A stretch of DNA of 64,000 nucleotides. Origin: Daphnia carinata (taxonomy: Eukaryota). Where the stretch lies: the NCBI RefSeq assembly GCF_022539665.2, contig NC_081331.1:13950001-14014000 (forward strand), in the 5' to 3' direction. The notes under the pieces are model-generated. The model had not been told where the DNA came from and made no database searches. It was given only the letters and a program-made list of their open reading frames with translations. Each line of letters begins with the position of its first letter. Position 1 is the first letter of the stretch. The position numbers and the translations under genes are program-made. This document shows, one piece after another, positions 53,357-64,000 of this stretch.

Positions 53357-53880
53357 ATGAAACTGGTACGAGTAAAGTCTCAAATAATCTTTAATTCTTT
53401 TACTTTCATTTGTGTATTCCCTTCGTTCTACGACAGTCGGTCGTCGCTTTCGCTTTCTTGGCCGTCGCTTTTGCTGCGCCTCAAGGAGACAAGAAGCCCA
53501 TTGAGATTATTTCATCTAACAGCGAAGCAAATGCTGATGGAAGCTATTCTTTTGCGTAAGTTATTTCTTCTCTATTTTGGGATTTGTGTATTTAATCCAC
53601 AATGGATACCAATTACGTCTACAGATTCGAGAGTGCCGATGGCACGAAAGTGTCAGAGAGCGGCAGCCAAAAGCAAGTCGGACCTAAACCCGAAGATATC
53701 GGAACCGTCTCTAAAGGATCTTATTCTTTCACTACTCCCGATGGTGTCGTCCTCACGGTCAACTGGGTCGCTGATGAGAACGGATTCCAGGCCACTGGTG
53801 ATCATTTGCCAACTCCTCCTCCCATGCCCGAGCATGTCGTGAAGATGTTGGCCGATCTCAAAGCTGCTGGTCTTCTGTAA
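53357..53880 (+). CDS. Cuticular protein B9 (CPR RR-1, X-type 5' end)
   Basis: Three exons; exon 2 starts with TCG; RR-1 motif. Confidence 0.93.
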
Positions 53881-54847
53881 ATCTGTCTATACATTACTCA
53901 TCATTTTGACGCCGTACAACCGAGATTTTGGATCCGTCTTCATTTTGTAAAAATTCAATTGTTTCCCCTTATTTCCGCCTAGACAAAATACAGAGAAATT
54001 TTTTCATTTAAAATGTTTTCGTATTATATTAACTGAAAGACAAACGATTCATACGTGCCAGGCCATTCTACGAGTGATTAGGCTGGCAACGTTAAAATTA
54101 AGGCATTTGGAGTGCCGCCTGCCATTCGTCAAAGAAAATAGCTGAAAATACTATATTGTGCGTTTCTATACTGTGTTATAATGAGGATAAGGTATCATTT
54201 ATAAAGGGAATATTGGATGCCCCTCTTTCCGAGAGACGTACAACAATACGCTTTTTTTTCAGTTCAAAAACTTGAGTCGAGTAAAGAGTTAAACAGCTTT
54301 ATTGCCACAAGGAAATCTTGCTGAACAAACACCGCCCTGAGAAGTTTTAATAAATGAAATGTCGTCCATTTCAAATAAATCTTTCCAAGTTTGAAACATT
54401 TCCAACGCGTCCCCGGTTGTCGTTGCAAAGTAGTAGAATCAGTATCATTTTCTTCGGAATTATAATACGATATTATAAGTGATGAAAATAAAATGTTACA
54501 ATGCTGCACTTCACTCGTTTCAAACATTACCATGATTGGGACCGTTGGTGGCTATCGTGCTTTTACTCAACTTTCACTCGAAGAGACATCCATTCGAAAG
54601 CATTCGCCTAGCTACCTTTCTGATGAGGAATCACAGAGTAATAGAATGCTACCGTCCGAAGTTTTTGAGTGGAAGTCGGATCGGGAGAAGACTTTGGGAG
54701 AGTCAATTCTTCCTCATAAGAGAAGGGAACGACCCTCAGGTTTCGGCTGTCTGGGGTACATATAAGAAGAACCTACCGACAACCATCAGCACAATCCTCC
54801 CTCAACCTTCTCCAGAAGAACAACAGGATAATCCAAAACTCGCAAAA

Positions 54848-55376
54848 ATGAAATTCGTAAGTCTTTCTTCAGCAGATTTCTATTACATGTTCATACTTTT
54901 AAGACGAATTCATTCTGGCATTCGAATAGATCATCGCTCTCGCTTTCTTGGCTGTTGCCATTGCTGCACCACAAGAAGACAAGAAGCCTATTGAAATTAT
55001 CTCATCCAATAGCGAAATGAACGCCGATGGAAGCTATTCTTTTTCGTAAGTTAACCCTTCAATAATAATAATTTACGACGACTTGTTACATTAGGAATGA
55101 ATTTCATCTCCATGTCACAGTTTCGAGAGTGAGGATGGTACCAAGGTGTCGGAGAGCGGTAGCCAGAAGCAAGTCGGACCTAAGTCCGAAGACATTGGAA
55201 CCGTCTCCAAAGGATCTTACTCTTACACTTCTCCCGATGGTGTTGTCCTCACCGTCAATTGGGTCGCTGATGAAAATGGATTCCAAGCCACCGGTGATCA
55301 TTTGCCTACTCCTCCACCCATGCCCGAGCACGTCGTGAAGATGTTGGCCGATCTGAAGGCTGCTGGTGTTCTGTAA
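54848..55376 (+). CDS. Cuticular protein B10 (CPR RR-1, Z type)
   Basis: Three exons, RR-1 motif. Confidence 0.93.
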
Positions 55377-56342
55377 ACCTGCACATATATTACTTATCAA
55401 CATGTAAATCACACAACCAAAAACTAAATTGCTCCGATCACTTTGTGCCACTCCAAAGGCTCCCAACTTTTTCTGGGAGTAAAATACATAATAAACGTCT
55501 AGTTCCGTAAAACCGATTCTCTTTTACTTATTACAAAAGCCAACAAATTGTTGCCATTTGTAAATGAAACAATAAAGACTTCTTACTTGCTGATTGATGT
55601 ATGGCAATAAATCCAAGCCCATCATCCAAGGAATATGTTCTTTCGCGACCGACTTTCGCTTTGTGCGCAATGATACTATTTCCGCTTTTTACGCAGGCTT
55701 GATAGTGAACGAGATAATAAGGCAAACGTCCAATTGTGATTAACGTTTTCATTTTTGAATATGGCGTTGGTATGCAATAATAAAACATGCATATGCATAT
55801 GCATAATAGAATGCTGCTAGTTAGCTTTTTCTAAATTAAGTTCCTTCCCATCAAATCTCTTGGCTTTTATTAAAACATCGTATGTTGTAAGTTCTTGCAA
55901 AGGCTTGCTCGTTGACAGTAACCTAGTAGCCTAATGTTGCGGAACGAAACAGCGAATGCCGCCAATTAGGAAAAATTTACCGTAAAGAAAACCCACTTTT
56001 ACTCCCATTTTTACTCTATTGCGCAATTGCTTCCATCGACACTGTTGACATTTTTGCGGGGGCTCCAAACTGACCGCAGAGGTGAGTCTAATGGCTTCTG
56101 TGAAAGGCCACCAACTCTCGGTTGCTTACTGAAGTTCGGAACATTGACGTTTCCTTCTCCACATCAGTTTGGAACGGATTCTTTGTGAAATGAACGGAAT
56201 CCCTACACCCTTTCAGAAAGTGGAAAGGCCCTTGAATTTCATACCGCCGACGAATATAAAATGATGGTTTCTACTGGAATAGCATCACACTTCATTCTCA
56301 GCTTTCCTCAGAAGAGCAACAGAATCCCAATACTTGCTAAAA

Positions 56343-56865
56343 ATGAAATTGGTAAGGTTTAATCAAATGAAAAACTTTAATTCATTTACTTCTTTGTGTT
56401 TTTCTCGTTGTTGTAAAACAGTCGATCGTAGCTCTCGCTTTCTTGGCTGTGGCTTTTGCTGCACCTCAAGGAGACAAGAAGCCCATTGAAATTATCTCGT
56501 CCAACATCGAAGCAAATGCTGATGGAAGCTATTCTTTTGCGTAAGTTACGTCTCTTCTCTGTGTGACCTGTGTATTTAATCCCCAAATGGATATCAATTA
56601 CGTCTACAGATTCGAGAGCGCCGATGGCACGAAAGTTTCAGAAAGCGGCAGCCAGAAACAAGTTGGACCTAAACCCGAGGATATTGGCACCGTTTCCCGA
56701 GGATCTTACTCTTACCTCTCTCCCGATGGTGTCACTCTCACCGTCAACTGGGTTGCCGATGAGAACGGATTCCAGGCCACCGGTGATCATTTGCCCACTC
56801 CGCCACCGATGCCCGCGCACGTCGTCAAGATGCTGGCCGATTTGAAAGCTGCTGGTCTTCTGTAA
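56343..56865 (+). CDS. Cuticular protein B11 (CPR RR-1, X type)
   Basis: Three exons, RR-1 motif. Confidence 0.93.
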
Positions 56866-57984
56866 ACTGTTCCCATATTACCTGCACAAACATGATCCAA
56901 TTAGTGTCCCAATCGCTTTGTACAAGTTTCGCAGTGTTGTCCATTTTTTTCTCTCGTGAAAATACATCCAATTTTACTTCCGTAAAACCCTTTCCTTAAT
57001 TTCTCTTGCGAGGTGGCGAAAACAATTAATGATGAAATAGAATAACGATTCTAGCAAAAACTTGATGTGTAATGTTTTTTTTTATTCAAAAGGCGGAACG
57101 CAGCGAAATAGTTTGTTGCCGTTTATAGAACGAAATTAATAAGGTAGCAATATGTATAGAAAAAATGGCCTGTCGACAAACCGACTTCGAATAACTTGTC
57201 ATTAAAATCCCAATCATCCATAAATTGGTTATAAGGGACGTCTTAAAAAATGTGACATTATAAAGAGCGGAATCTTGCTTCGTTTGAAATTCAAGTGCCG
57301 AATACACTTACGTCACAGAAACACGCTAGGGATGCAACAGGTGTAACTTTATTTTCTACTAATGTGATAGGCTAGGATATATTTTTAGTCCCTGGTCAAT
57401 GAAGAAATTATTCTCAAACTTTTTAATTCGTTTGTCAGCCTTGTTTGAAGGTACCCTTTTTAAACCTAAGTTTTTATTCATCCAATTATCGGTGATTTAT
57501 GGGGTTTAAAACTTACATTTGTCGTTGACCGTTGTTTATACTGTATTTTATATTTGATAATCAAAGATTTGAAAAAGAAAAAGCAGCTGCCATTGCCCAA
57601 ATTTGAAATATGTGTGTATAGGCAGTCCGATTTCTTTGCCAATTAAGCTATCACGTTTAAGGAAGATTTCCCTCTTCCATTGCCAGACTCACGAGAGAGG
57701 GGTGAAGGTTTCATACCAAACACGTTTAGTCGGAAGGCAATCCGTTCTAAAAGGAATCTTGTAGTGTCTCAAAGATGCAATAATCGTGAGCCGTCCTACA
57801 ATGTAAAGTAAGGAAACGAAAGCCTCTGTCTGTATTGGCATCGATATCCATAGTCTCTGAAGTGAGCACACCCTTCGTGTACAAGGAAAGGAGGGATATA
57901 AATGGCAGCCAGCACGTCCGACTATCATCACACATCCTCCTCAACAGTCTTCAGTCAAGGATCGAAACAACCAACCTTACCAGA

Positions 57985-58500
57985 ATGAAATTCGTAAGTG
58001 ATTACTTGAATTTCAGTTTCCTTTCCCTTTTCATTCTTTAGTTTATTATCTTTGTTATTTCATAACAGATTATCGCCCTCGCTTTCTTGGCCGTGGCTTT
58101 GGCTGCACCACAAGGTGACAAGAAACCCATTGAAATTATTTCATCCAACAGCGAAATGAACGCTGATGGCAGCTACTCTTTCAAGTAAGCTCATTTTCAA
58201 TTACTTTTTCTGGACTGCATTAAAAATCTGATAAACTCTTGCAGTTTCGAGAGCGCCGATGGCACAAAAGTGTCAGAGAGCGGCAACCAGAAGAAAGTCG
58301 GACCCAAGGATGAAGATATCGGAACTGTCTCCAAAGGATCTTACTCTTACACTTCTCCCGATGGTGTTGTAATCACGGTCAACTGGGTCGCTGATGAGAA
58401 CGGATTCCAGGCCACTGGTGATCATTTGCCAACTCCTCCCCCCATGCCCGAGCATGTTGTGAAGATGTTGGCCGATTTGAAGGCTGCTGGTGTTCTGTGA
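57985..58500 (+). CDS. Cuticular protein B12 (CPR RR-1, Y type)
   Basis: Three exons, NQKKVGPKDED, TGA stop. Confidence 0.93.
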
Positions 58501-58769
58501 GCCCGTGCATGCATCCCCTATCAACTTGAAGCCACTGGAAAAAAAATTTTGAATATGTTGCTACTTTGTAAAGTCCAATGTAATTAGTCCTTTTTTTTTA
58601 ATAAAGAAAAATTCATTTCCAATTCACATTGTTTTTCTTCTAAACTGCTAGATGAGAGATGATTCCCTGGGCAATTGTTTGCGTTTTCAACGATTACTAG
58701 AAATAAGTTAAAGAATTTGGAATGTTGTCCGCGTTTTCTTATTTGTTTTATTTTGAATGGATCATAACG

Positions 58770-59046
58770 GGTAAGATTTCGTCAAAATTTTAAGTCCGAT
58801 TTTGTTTTTAAAAAAGGTTGGTCTTAAAAAATAAGCCCGACAAAATAAGCCCGACAAAATAAGCCCGACTTTTGAATTCGTTAAATTTTTTGTTTTCAAA
58901 AATCGAACTATAATTATTAAAATACATCACTGGGATGCAACATTTTATAAGAATAAAAAAAGTTAAATTCATCTGTTCGTAAGGCCCATAGTTTCTTCGA
59001 TAATATAAACAGGGACGGGGGTAGTTTCAAGCTCGATTTCTAAGTG
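58770..59046. mobile_element. Internally deleted fragment of the AAAATAAGCCCGAC repeat family (approximate limits)
   Basis: Three tandem units near 58828-58870; homologous to 63160-63600 minus about 170 bp. Confidence 0.5.
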
Positions 59047-59272
59047 TTACCCGATAAGTGGGTGCCTTATGTCATCGTTCGAAGTTTCTTTTTGAAAATG
59101 GGCATCGTAAGGAGGCTTTCAGAGAGTCCATTCATCTTTTTAAGAGAAGGGAACGACCCTCAGCTTTCAGTCCGAGTGGGGTACATATAAGAAGAACCTG
59201 CCGACAACCATCATCACAATCCTCTCACAGCCTTCTCCAGAAGAACAACAGGATAATCCAAAATTCGCAAAA

Positions 59273-59795
59273 ATGAAATTCGTGAGTCTTTCTTTAGCAG
59301 ATTTCTATTACAAATTCATACTTTTAAATCGTTTTCATTCTGGGGTTTAAACAGATCATCGCTCTCGCTTTCTTGGCTGTTGCCATTGCCGCACCGCAAG
59401 GAGACAAGAAGCCCATTGAGATTATTTCATCCAATAGCGAAATGAACGCAGATGGAAGCTACGCTTTCGAGTAAGTTCAACTACTCATTGTTGTCCCTCT
59501 TTTTTGCTGAAAAAGATCAACTCCGATTTATTTACAAAGTTTTGTGAGCGCTGATGGCACTAAAGTGTCAGAGAGCGGCAACCAGAAGCAAGTCGGACCT
59601 AAGCCCGAGGATATTGGAACTGTATCCAAAGGATCTTACTCTTACACCACCCCCGATGGCGTCGTCCTCACCGTCAACTGGGTTGCCGACGAGAACGGTT
59701 TTCAGGCTACCGGTGATCATTTGCCCACTCCTCCCCCGATGCCCGAGCACGTCGTGAAGATGTTGGCCGATTTGAAGGCTGCTGGTGTTCTCTAA
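59273..59795 (+). CDS. Cuticular protein B13 (CPR RR-1, Z type)
   Basis: Three exons, AAG acceptor at 59537-59539, FVSADGT, RR-1 motif. Confidence 0.9.
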
Positions 59796-60753
59796 ACCTG
59801 TGCATATATTGCCCATCAACATGTAAATCACACAACCAAAAATGAAATTGATCTGATCACTTTGTATCACTCCAAAGGCTCCCAACTTTTTCTGGGAGTA
59901 GAATACATAATAAACGTCTAGTTCCGTAAAACCGATTCTCATTTACTTACTACAAAAACCAACAAATTGTTGCCAGTTATAAATGAAACGGTCAAGGCTT
60001 CATACTTGCTGATTTATGGCAATAAACCTAATCTCATCATCTACGGAATATGTTTTTTCGCGATCAAATTTCACTTTTTACGCAATGATGCTATTTTCCG
60101 ATTTTTACGCAGATTTCATTGTGAACAACATAATGAAACAAACGTCTAGTTGTGATTAATGTTTTCATATTAAACTATAGCGTTGGCATGCCATTAAAGC
60201 ATACGAAATGCTGCTAGTTAGTTTTTCCGGAATAAAGTCCCTTCCCATCAGATTTGTTGGCTTTTATTAAAACATCGTATTCTGAAATTTCCTATGAAGG
60301 CTTGCTCGTTGACAGTAATCTAGTAACCTAATGTTGTGGAACGAAACAGTGAATGCAACAAATTAGAAAAAATTTACTCTGAACGAAACTCGTTTCTTTC
60401 CTCAATTTTGCTAAACTCATACAAGCCTCCATCGACGTTTCCTGACATTTTTGCGGGGTCTCTTAGCTGACCGAAGAGATGCCTCTAATGGCTCCGTGCC
60501 AACTTTTATTTCAGTGAAAGGCCACCAACTCTCGGTTGCATACTGAAGTTCGGAACATTGACGTTTCTTTCCCCACTGTTTGGAACGGATTTTCTGCGGA
60601 ATGAATGGAATCCCTACACCCATTCAGAATGTGGGAAGGCCCTTGAATTCTAGACCGCCGACGAATATAAAATGATGGTTTCTACTGGAATAACATCACA
60701 CTTCATTCTCAGCTATCCTCAGAAGAGCAACAGAATCCCAACACTTCTTAAAA

Positions 60754-61293
60754 ATGAAATTGGTAACCTTAAAATTTAAACCTAATGTTTAACTCATTTA
60801 CTTCCTCGTGTTCTTGGTGTTTAATCTATTCTCGTTGTTGTACAACAGTCGATCATCGCTCTCGCTTTCTTTGCTGTGGCTTTTGCTGCACCTCAAGGAG
60901 ACAAGAAGCCCATTGAGATTATTTCGTCCAACATCGAAACAAATGCTGATGGAAGCTATTCTTTTGCGTAAGTTATTTCTTCTCTATTGTTTGACCTGTG
61001 TATATAATCCACAAATGGATACCAATTTCGTCTACAGATTCGAGAGCGCCGATGGCACGAAAGTTTCAGAAAGCGGCAACCAGAAACAAGTCGGATCTAA
61101 ACCCGAAGACATTGGAACCGTCTCTAAAGGATCTTACTCTTACACCAGCCCCGATGGCGTCGTCATCACCGTCAACTGGGTTGCTGATGAGAACGGTTTC
61201 CAGGCCACCGGTGATCATTTGCCAACTCCTCCCCCGATGCCCGAGCACGTCGTCAAGCTCCTCGCCGACTTGAAAGCTGCTGGTCTTCTGTAA
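60754..61293 (+). CDS. Cuticular protein B14 (CPR RR-1, X type)
   Basis: Three exons, RR-1 motif. Confidence 0.93.
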
Positions 61294-62366
61294 ACTGTTC
61301 CCGTATTACCTGCACAAACATGATCCAATTAGTGTCCCAATCGCTTTGTACAAGTTTCGCAGTTTGTTGTCCATTTTATCCTCGTGAAAATACAGCCAAT
61401 TTTTCTTCCGTCAAACCCTGTCCTTAATTACTCTTGCGAAGTGGCGAAAACCCTTGCTTTACAGAATAACGAATCTAGGAAAAACTTGATGTGTAATGTG
61501 TTTGTTTTAATTCAAAAGACGAAACGCAGCGGAATAGTTTGTTGCATTTTATAGAACGACATTCATAAGGTAATGTATAGAAAAAAAAATGGTCTGCCGA
61601 CAAAGCGGCTTCGAATAACTTGTCATTCAAATCACAATCATCCATAACTTGGTTATAAGGGATGTCTTAAAATGCGACATTATAAAGAACGGAATCTTGC
61701 TTCGTTTGAATTCGAAGTACCGAATACACTTCCGTCACCGAAACAAGTTAGGGATGCAAAAGATGTAACTTTATTTTCAACCAATGGGATAGCCTAGTAT
61801 ACATTTAGTCCCTGGTCAACGAAAAAATTATTCTAAACTCTTCAATTCGTTTGTCAGCTTTGTTAGAAGACGCCGTGTGATTTATGGGATATTTCAGAAT
61901 TACATTTGTCATTGACCATTGTTTATATTTCGAATTTGATAATCAAAGATGTGAAAAAGAAAAAGCAGCAGTCGTTCCAGAAACTCTAAATATGTGTCTA
62001 TAGACAGTTCGATTTCTTTGCCAATTAAGCATCACATTCAACGCAGATTTCCCTACTCCTTTTCCAGATTCACGAGAGACGGGTGAAGGTTTCATACCAA
62101 ACACCTTTAGTCGGAAGACACTCCGTTCTCAAGGAATATCGTAGTGTTTTGGATATGCAAAAATCGTGAGCCGTCCCACAAATTTTAAGAAAGGAAACGA
62201 AAGCCTCTCTGAAAATATTGGCATCGATATCCATTGTCTCGAAAGTAAGCACACCCTTCGTGTGCAAGGAGAGGAGGATATAAATGACGGCCAGCATGTC
62301 CGACTATCATCACACATCCTCCTCAACAGTCTCCAAACAAGGATCCAAACAACCAAACTTACCAGA

Positions 62367-62892
62367 ATGAAATTCGTAAGCGATTACTTGAATTTCAGTT
62401 TCCTTTCCCTTTTCAATTTTTTAGTTTACTGTCTTTGTTATGTCATAACAGATTATCGCTCTCGCTTTCTTGGCCCTGGCTTTGGCTGCACCACAAGGTG
62501 ACAAGAAACCCATTGAAATTATTTCATCCAACAGCGAAATGAACGCTGATGGCAGCTACTCTTTCAAGTAAGCTCATTTGCAATTACCTTTTCTGGACTG
62601 CATTAAAAATCTGATAAACTCTTGCAGTTTCGAGAGCGCCGATGGCACAAAAATGTCAGAGAGCGGCAACCAGAAGAAAGTCGGACCCAAAGATGAAGAT
62701 ATTGGAACTGTTTCCAAAGGATCTTACTCGTACACTTCTCCGGACGGCGTTATCATCACTGCCAACTTGGTTGCTGATGAGAACGGTTTCCAGGCCACCG
62801 GTGATCATTTGCGGCATTTGCCCACTCCTCCCCCGATGCCCGAACATGTCGTGAAGATGTTGGCCGATTTGAAGGCTGCTGGTGTTCTGTAA
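62367..62892 (+). CDS. Cuticular protein B15 (CPR RR-1, Y type, divergent core)
   Basis: Three exons with an open frame, but TVNWV reads TANLV and GDHLP reads GDHLRHLP. Confidence 0.88.
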
Positions 62893-63159
62893 GCCCGCGC
62901 ATATATCACCCATCAACATGAAGCCACTCGAAAAATGTTTGAATATGTTGCCACTTTGTAAAGCCCAATGTAATTAGTCCTTTTTTTTTTTAAATAAAGA
63001 AAATTCATTTTCATTCAAACTGTTTTTCCTTCTTAACTGCTGGATGAAAGATGATTCCCTGGGTAATTGTTTGTGTTTTGAACGATTACTAGAATTAAGT
63101 TAAAGAATTTGGAATGCTGTCCGCGTTTTCTTATTTGTTTTAGTTTGAATGAATCATAA

Positions 63160-63600
63160 CTGGTAAGATTTCGTCGAAATCCCAGTCAAAATTTTAAGTC
63201 CGATTTTGTTTTTAAAAAAAGTTGGTCTTAAAAAATAAGCCCGACAAAATAAGCCCGACTTTTTCGTTTGTTTAATTTTTTTCAAAAATCAAAATATAAT
63301 TATTAAAATACATCACTGGGATAGAACATTTTATAAGAATAAAAAAATTGAATTCGTCTGTTCGTGAGACGCATAGTTTCTGAGTTATATGAATTCTAAA
63401 TGGTTTTAGCGAAACCATTGTGATCCCGTTTTGTGTTATAATATCCATAATTAAGGTAAAACTAATTACATATCCAGAATTTACGCGTCATATCGGATTT
63501 AGTAATGGGTTTTTATCGACTTCCAAATCAAAATTGTTATTCGGTTTATTTCGATAATATGAACGGGGACGGGGGTAGTTTCAAGTTCGATTTCTAAGTG
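63160..63600. mobile_element. Fragment of the AAAATAAGCCCGAC repeat family (approximate limits)
   Basis: Two tandem units near 63232-63260; homologous to 46340-46770. Confidence 0.5.
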
Positions 63601-63891
63601 TTTCTCAACAGAAGTGCCGTACCTCTAAATAAATAAACGGTAAAACTGGAGAACGGGTATTGTTATAAAAAAAAAGTGTTTCCCTTATGTCATCGAACGA
63701 ATTTTTATTATTGAAAATCGGCATCGTAAGGAGACTTTGGGAGAGTCCATTCTTCTTTTTAAGAGAAGGGAATGACCCTCAGCTTTCAGCCCGAGTGGGG
63801 TACATATAAGAAGAATCTGCTGACAACCATCATCACAATCCTCTCTCAGCCTTCTTCAGAAGAACAACAGGACAATCCAAAATTCGCAAAA

Positions 63892-64000
63892 ATGAAATTT
63901 GTAAGTCGATCCTCCAACCGATTTCTTTAACTGCATCATACTTTTTAATCGTTTTCATTCTGGCGTTTAAACAGATCATCGCTCTCGCTTTCTTGGCTAT
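63892..64000 (+). CDS. Cuticular protein B16 (Z type), 5' part only, cut by the window edge
   Basis: Z-type promoter, MKF mini-exon at 63892-63900, exon 2 from 63975 (IIALAFLA). Confidence 0.88.

Noticed and set aside
266..62919. Many recurring antisense and alternate-frame ORFs over the cuticle genes (e.g. MRPVSLPRVTTCP..., MLGHRGRSGQMITG...)
   Set aside because: These are shadows of GC-rich, codon-biased exons. They recur only because the genes are paralogous, and they lack their own promoters or consistent starts.

Overview
Eukaryotic, AT-rich arthropod DNA. Short GT-AG introns and the protein style suggest a Daphnia-like crustacean (inference only). The window is almost entirely two adjacent tandem arrays of three-exon cuticular protein genes with a chitin-binding Rebers-Riddiford (CPR, RR-1-like) domain. 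Array A (0.1-34.4 kb) has 20 copies in mixed orientation: 18 intact, one with a nonsense codon and one truncated. They encode Tyr/Pro-rich proteins with a variable PVAPVHxYxL tail. Array B (39.2-64 kb, continuing past the window) has 16 near-identical + strand copies arranged largely as a repeated three-gene X-Y-Z unit. Between the arrays lie a possible orphan spliced gene and a MITE-like repeat complex. The most notable signals are an orientation-fixed ROR-type nuclear-receptor motif (WAWNTRGGTCA-like) upstream of the TATA box in 19 of 20 array A genes, and intron-level evidence for gene conversion and unequal crossover. I see no prokaryotic features, CRISPR array or RNA genes, and no wholly new gene system. 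Gene coordinates run from ATG to stop and include introns. All comparisons were made by eye.
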